Notes under the pieces: model-generated
Told to the model about the DNA's origin: nothing
The model's database searches: none
Seen by the model: the letters and a program-made list of their open reading frames with translations, nothing else
Position numbers and translations under genes: made by a program
Shown here: piece by piece, positions 59,502-64,000 of the stretch
How the letters are laid out: each line of letters opens with the position of its first letter
Numbering within the stretch: the stretch's first letter is position 1
Assembly: GCA_001599295.1 (NCBI GenBank)
Contig: BCGN01000006.1
Coordinates: 186,001-250,000 of the forward strand
DNA from: Sporopachydermia quercuum
Lineage: Eukaryota
Direction: 5' to 3'
Length of the DNA: 64,000 nt

Positions 59502-60951
59502 TTATTAATGGGAAAAGTTTTGATGAGATGAGATGAATTGATATGCGGATTCTGAAGGATGATGCGCTGTAAGAAGAAGACGGGAGACGGATTGGTTGTC
59601 TTGTAAATATTTACCGTTGTGATGTGTTTATTAGATAGATGATTTCTATAATTGTGGTATAATAAACGAGTGTATACATAGTATCTGATGAAATCAATTC
59701 AACGATGTTCATAATTCTCCAAGGAATCAGTGAGTTGAAACAGGAGCAATTCTTTTGGCAGATAATCTGTTGTTTACAGGATTATCACCAACGTTTTCCA
59801 CTCAATCATTAGACAAGATTCGATTATTCGTTATCCATGTTATTCAGCCTTCATGCTGTAAGTAGATGAAAAACAATTAATATGAATATATCAAGTTTTA
59901 TTTCATTGTTTATAGTAAATAGGGAATATTGAAGCAAGAGTTCTGTTCATAACGTGCCACTAATCGAACAAAATACAACACAATGAGCATAGTTATTATC
60001 TCAGTGTTGTTAATATTTTAGTGATTTCCCCTGTTGGAACATCAACAATTTGTATATACTTCTTCTAAATTCAGATTCAACTCACCATTTCTACCCTAAA
60101 CCAGATAGTCCAGAGACATGAAATATGATGGTAACCTCTGAACATCTTAGAGCAATTTCCACTTTCTAACATAATAGAGAACAACTGAGTAACAGAGTTA
60201 ATTTTGACATTCCGAAATGTATGGATGGCAGGAAATAATAAAGCATTCTTAGTAGGAGAGTTTCCTACGGTTACACAGCTTCCTTGGTTTTCTTTGCACC
60301 TGTATGTCTTCTCTACAGATGTGCAGGTGTGAGGTTAAATACATGAATTGAAATAGACAAACACCATGCTTTGGTGCCTCAATCTTAGAACCTCAAAAAT
60401 AGGCTAGGAATAGATTTCTACTTCTCATTTTATATTTTCTCCTATAGATTATGTTATATTCTATTGTGAATATGTTTTGGTTGTATATTGGAATTCATCA
60501 ATAGCGGCGTGGCGTTAATGAGAGCAAAGACTAAGCTGTAAGTATAATGATAATCTTACTACTGTTACTGTTATCTTAGCTATAGTACTACTGTTGGTAT
60601 ATTATCATTCATTGTTCTAGCAACCAATTTAGCCATTATATCCATATTGTTGGTCCTAATCATATATAATATTATCACATCCCCTCACACTTTTATCTTC
60701 ATCATACAACAAATTCGTACTGCGTTCTTCAAAATATTTTCGGGCTGAATTAATCTTCATACAGATATATATACCACTTTGGAGCCAACCTGAATACTCC
60801 TTATAGTACTTCTTAAAACCAGCGCTTAACTGGTTTAATAACACATAGACTCTTGCCCAATCGCATCTGGGTAGACAAGCCTCAAGGAAAGCATATATAT
60901 GAGCTAAATCTTTACCCGATCGACCACGATGTCCCTATCCAGGACTTCCAT

Positions 60952-62661
60952 CTAATCACTCTCACTGTCAGGATTAGCTACGAATAATCTTAATCGCTCG
61001 CCTCCGTCCAATTCCTGCACCTCATCCAAATCATCCTCTGGTGCAACAAGCTCATCAACTTCTATATCCTCATCTTCCTCCGCTATTCCATCATACATCT
61101 TCTTCCTCTGAGACGACACCTTCTTACTGTTATTTCCCAAATAATCATCATCGTCATCATCTATCTCGCTAGCAAGCATCCGATCCGCTGTAACACGGAC
61201 ATCTAAATTACTAGAAGTCTTCCCTTTCCTTGGTTTACTTGACCTTGGCCTCGTGAGGGTAAGATTAGCCTTGAAAGGTCGAATTCCTATTGGCAGTTCC
61301 CATACTGAGTAGGAAATTGGCGAATAGCAGGTGCCCCACGTAGATCTCACCAGTTGGACGTAGGCAGATTTTTTCCCTTGTCCTGGTTTAGATGGGTTGG
61401 ATATCGTGAGAGTGTACTCTTGAGAGCCGTTAGTTTTATTTGAGGTTGAAGTAGACGATCGAGTTATCAAACGGTCGTTCAGTCCATTTGATGAGGATTT
61501 ACTGCTGTTGTTGCTGAGCTCACCATTGGCAGTACCAATGGGAGAGAGTCCTTGAGTATCTATACCAATAGTATGGTTGATATTAGCACTGTCGGTCCTC
61601 AGGTGTGAGTAATGAGTAGGGGGAATTGGAGGAATTGAAGGGATTGATTGCGAAGACAATGTTTGGTCATTATATGGCAACTGGTTAGTATTATTAGGAT
61701 TTCCTGTTGCCATAGTAGCATTCGCAGTTGAGCCTGACCCTGGGTCAATGCCTAGGCCAGTACCTATGGCAGTACCTATGGCAGTTTCTATAGACGAGGG
61801 GGAATACTCTCTATTATACTCTTTTCTATGATACAGCTCATTTCTGTCTTCCAGACCATGAAAAGATAAATCGTTAGGTCCATTCGCTCCTGGAGCTCCT
61901 TCGAGCTGTGCTTGCTCTGTTTGCTGAAAATAATCTCTTGTTGGAGAAGAAAACTCTATTCTTGGTTTGATTTCCAGCTCCTGGCTTTCCATACTATCGG
62001 AATCATTGTTGGAGAAGCCGTGGCTTTTGTATTCAGCCAGATCGTCAGGAAACGTAAGGAGAACTTGGCTGTCAGTGTGATACTGATTTCTTTCGGAGAA
62101 ACTGAGGTCGTCTTCATCGCTGCTTGTCTCTGAATTAGATTCTGATAAGGTGATTTCTCTCTCTTCTGGTTGAATATCGTGCTGATGATCTGCAGCATAT
62201 AAACCATCGTCAATGTAATGTGCTGCTCCTGAAAGATTTGGGGTGTTTGAAGAACCTGCTACGGGATTCACATGTGAGTTCGGTCCAGAGCTTACTGGGT
62301 GCAGGTCTGGTTCTGGTACTAGTTCTAACACTGGCCCTAGTACTGACCCTGGTAATGGGTCAGAATGTGAATTTGTTTGGCTCAAGCCCAAGGGTTGAAG
62401 AGGCACAACTAGTAATGGTGACTGAGCGNCTTCCCGAGACGGTGACTCGAAAGAAAAACGGGAATTGACATTGCTGTCGTGTGATATTACAGTATGATAT
62501 GACTCTGGGACAGTGTATTGGCTGTTATTCTGATGCTGTGTTTCTCTAGAAGATATCACAGGAGTTCTTGTTGGTGGAGGTTTCCTTCTCAGAGATGGAA
62601 GCCTTTGTTGGTATAAATATTCACCAGGCGGTGGTGAACTGACCCTTTTTTGGTCAGCCAT
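60952..62661 (-). CDS. Hypothetical, largely disordered protein
   Basis: 569-aa open frame, S/P/N-rich. Short ordered-looking blocks LRRKPPP, YSVWELPIGI and terminal LRLFVANPD. Confidence 0.75.
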   Translation of the reverse strand: MADQKRVSSPPPGEYLYQQRLPSLRRKPPPTRTPVISSRETQHQNNSQYTVPESYHTVISHDSNVNSRFSFESPSREXAQSPLLVVPLQPLGLSQTNSHSDPLPGSVLGPVLELVPEPDLHPVSSGPNSHVNPVAGSSNTPNLSGAAHYIDDGLYAADHQHDIQPEEREITLSESNSETSSDEDDLSFSERNQYHTDSQVLLTFPDDLAEYKSHGFSNNDSDSMESQELEIKPRIEFSSPTRDYFQQTEQAQLEGAPGANGPNDLSFHGLEDRNELYHRKEYNREYSPSSIETAIGTAIGTGLGIDPGSGSTANATMATGNPNNTNQLPYNDQTLSSQSIPSIPPIPPTHYSHLRTDSANINHTIGIDTQGLSPIGTANGELSNNSSKSSSNGLNDRLITRSSTSTSNKTNGSQEYTLTISNPSKPGQGKKSAYVQLVRSTWGTCYSPISYSVWELPIGIRPFKANLTLTRPRSSKPRKGKTSSNLDVRVTADRMLASEIDDDDDDYLGNNSKKVSSQRKKMYDGIAEEDEDIEVDELVAPEDDLDEVQELDGGERLRLFVANPDSESD

Positions 62662-63781
62662 AAGTGTGTGTTAGTTCGCGTAGAGAGATTAAATTGACGA
62701 ATACTACCAGACGGTCTGCAAAATACCAAATTCCCAAACCTTATGTAAGAGAAAATTGATTTTATAGATAACATAGATAAGTGAGTTAATTGAAAATATG
62801 GTAAAGCATCAGAAACCGAAGGTACATACTGAACAAAATAGTTGATTAATGCTATGAAAATGTGTGGAGGAGTGTGTGGATTTCAATGTGGGGGAAGCTT
62901 ATTTTTCCATTGTAGATCACGTGGTTCAGAACGAAGGGAAGAGCGATGCAGACGATGGAGAAGTAGAACAGTCTACTACAAGTATAATTTCTTGTCCTTG
63001 GATACAAATCATTTATTTGTATTTTTTCTTTATACGAGAAAAGAATAAATTGAGGGTTTAGCCAAGTAAAATAATAGGTTAAGGAAGCACAAGAAAGCAC
63101 GTTTTCATTCCCGAGAGTACTAGACAGATAATATATGGGACGGAAACGGTAGAACATTTTTCAGGGAAAGGCGGAACGATTGACAGTGACAATATATTCT
63201 GGGGTTACAGGGGACAGTTTGATGTTATACAGTAGCATACACCTATTATTGGTGTGTTACACAAATTCCGGTATTCCACAGTAAATTCTTCAATTCCGTT
63301 ACAACTGGCAACAGTTTCTTCTCTTCTTGACCTACCTGTCTCTCTCTCTTTCTCTTTATCTAGTCACACATCATTGGCGTCCGACCCATGCACTTCACAA
63401 CGCTATGCATAAATCTTGCATTAACTGCAATCATTTATAAATACGTCATCATAAATAAGTATGTGAGTTTTGGATTGGTCATTTTCCCTGGCAACAACAT
63501 TTATTATGTACATTCACTATATACAAACATAAGAGTCAAACAAAGAAATCAAAACAATCCATTTTTATTATATAATCAACAAATCCCACCTTTCCACTTC
63601 CGCCCTTATTCGCTCCTCCTGCTTTCATCCATTATTACGTTAACATTTAATCATTGTTTTGATTTTCAATTGTTATGAAAAAAGAATGCAATAAACCGTC
63701 TTATCTACAATATAAGCACGAAAGGCAGATTTAATAAAATAAACGGTTAATTGGTGGATTCAATTCAATCAAAACTGAAAT

Positions 63782-64000
63782 GTAAGTACATGCTTTGTGG
63801 AGCCCTTGTTGTTGTTTACTCTATATGTGAAATGTTAGAATGTAAACATCGATTATAAAAGATGGTGTACAGTGATTCATGGCGCGTTGAGTAAAAAAAT
63901 GATGATATATAAATTATCTGTGATTGATATTACTGTTTTTCGTTCGTGGAAGATTTGTGAGTGNGCGAAACAAGAAAGCTAACTGTATACTTTGTTTTAG
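63782..64000 (+). other. Probable intron of a + strand gene continuing beyond the window
   Basis: GTAAGT at 63782, AGCTAAC at 63977-63983, TTTTAG ending at 64000. Confidence 0.5.

Noticed and set aside
1..64000. tRNA/rRNA genes, LTRs, transposases, CRISPR arrays, alternative CUG code
   Set aside because: None recognised by eye, though tRNAscan, Infernal and RepeatMasker were not run. CTG aligns with conserved Leu (CDC28 GNLKL, PDK HLNRL).

Overview
AT-rich nuclear DNA from a budding yeast (Saccharomycotina). It uses the standard code (CTG sits at conserved Leu positions in CDC28 and PDK) and has frequent GTATGT/GTAAGT...CTAAC...AG introns. Scattered single 'n' bases suggest a collapsed diploid assembly. 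About 23 protein genes are supported: PDH kinase (5'-partial), MED12/SRB8, ZRG17, a 4-exon dienelactone hydrolase, a Zn2Cys6 factor, a Tag1-like protein, an SDR, a PI-PLC, ILV6, a KHDC4-like protein, a 2OG-Fe(II) oxygenase, TSR1, RPS29, ACP1, DBP6, RSM19, PTC6, an aquaporin, an orphan tail-anchored protein, CDC28, GLE1, MRPL7 and a second orphan. Five spliced genes missed or mis-started by the ORF track were rebuilt by hand. The most notable observations are: (1) a 6-nt in-frame microexon beside the hydrolase active-site Glu; (2) MED12, whose CDS carries roughly 4-fold more CGG/CCG triplets than two neighbouring genes by hand count, and which is preceded by three tiny uORFs; (3) an RPS29 that has lost 3 of 4 zinc-binding cysteines. 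No tRNA, rRNA, transposon or CRISPR was recognised.
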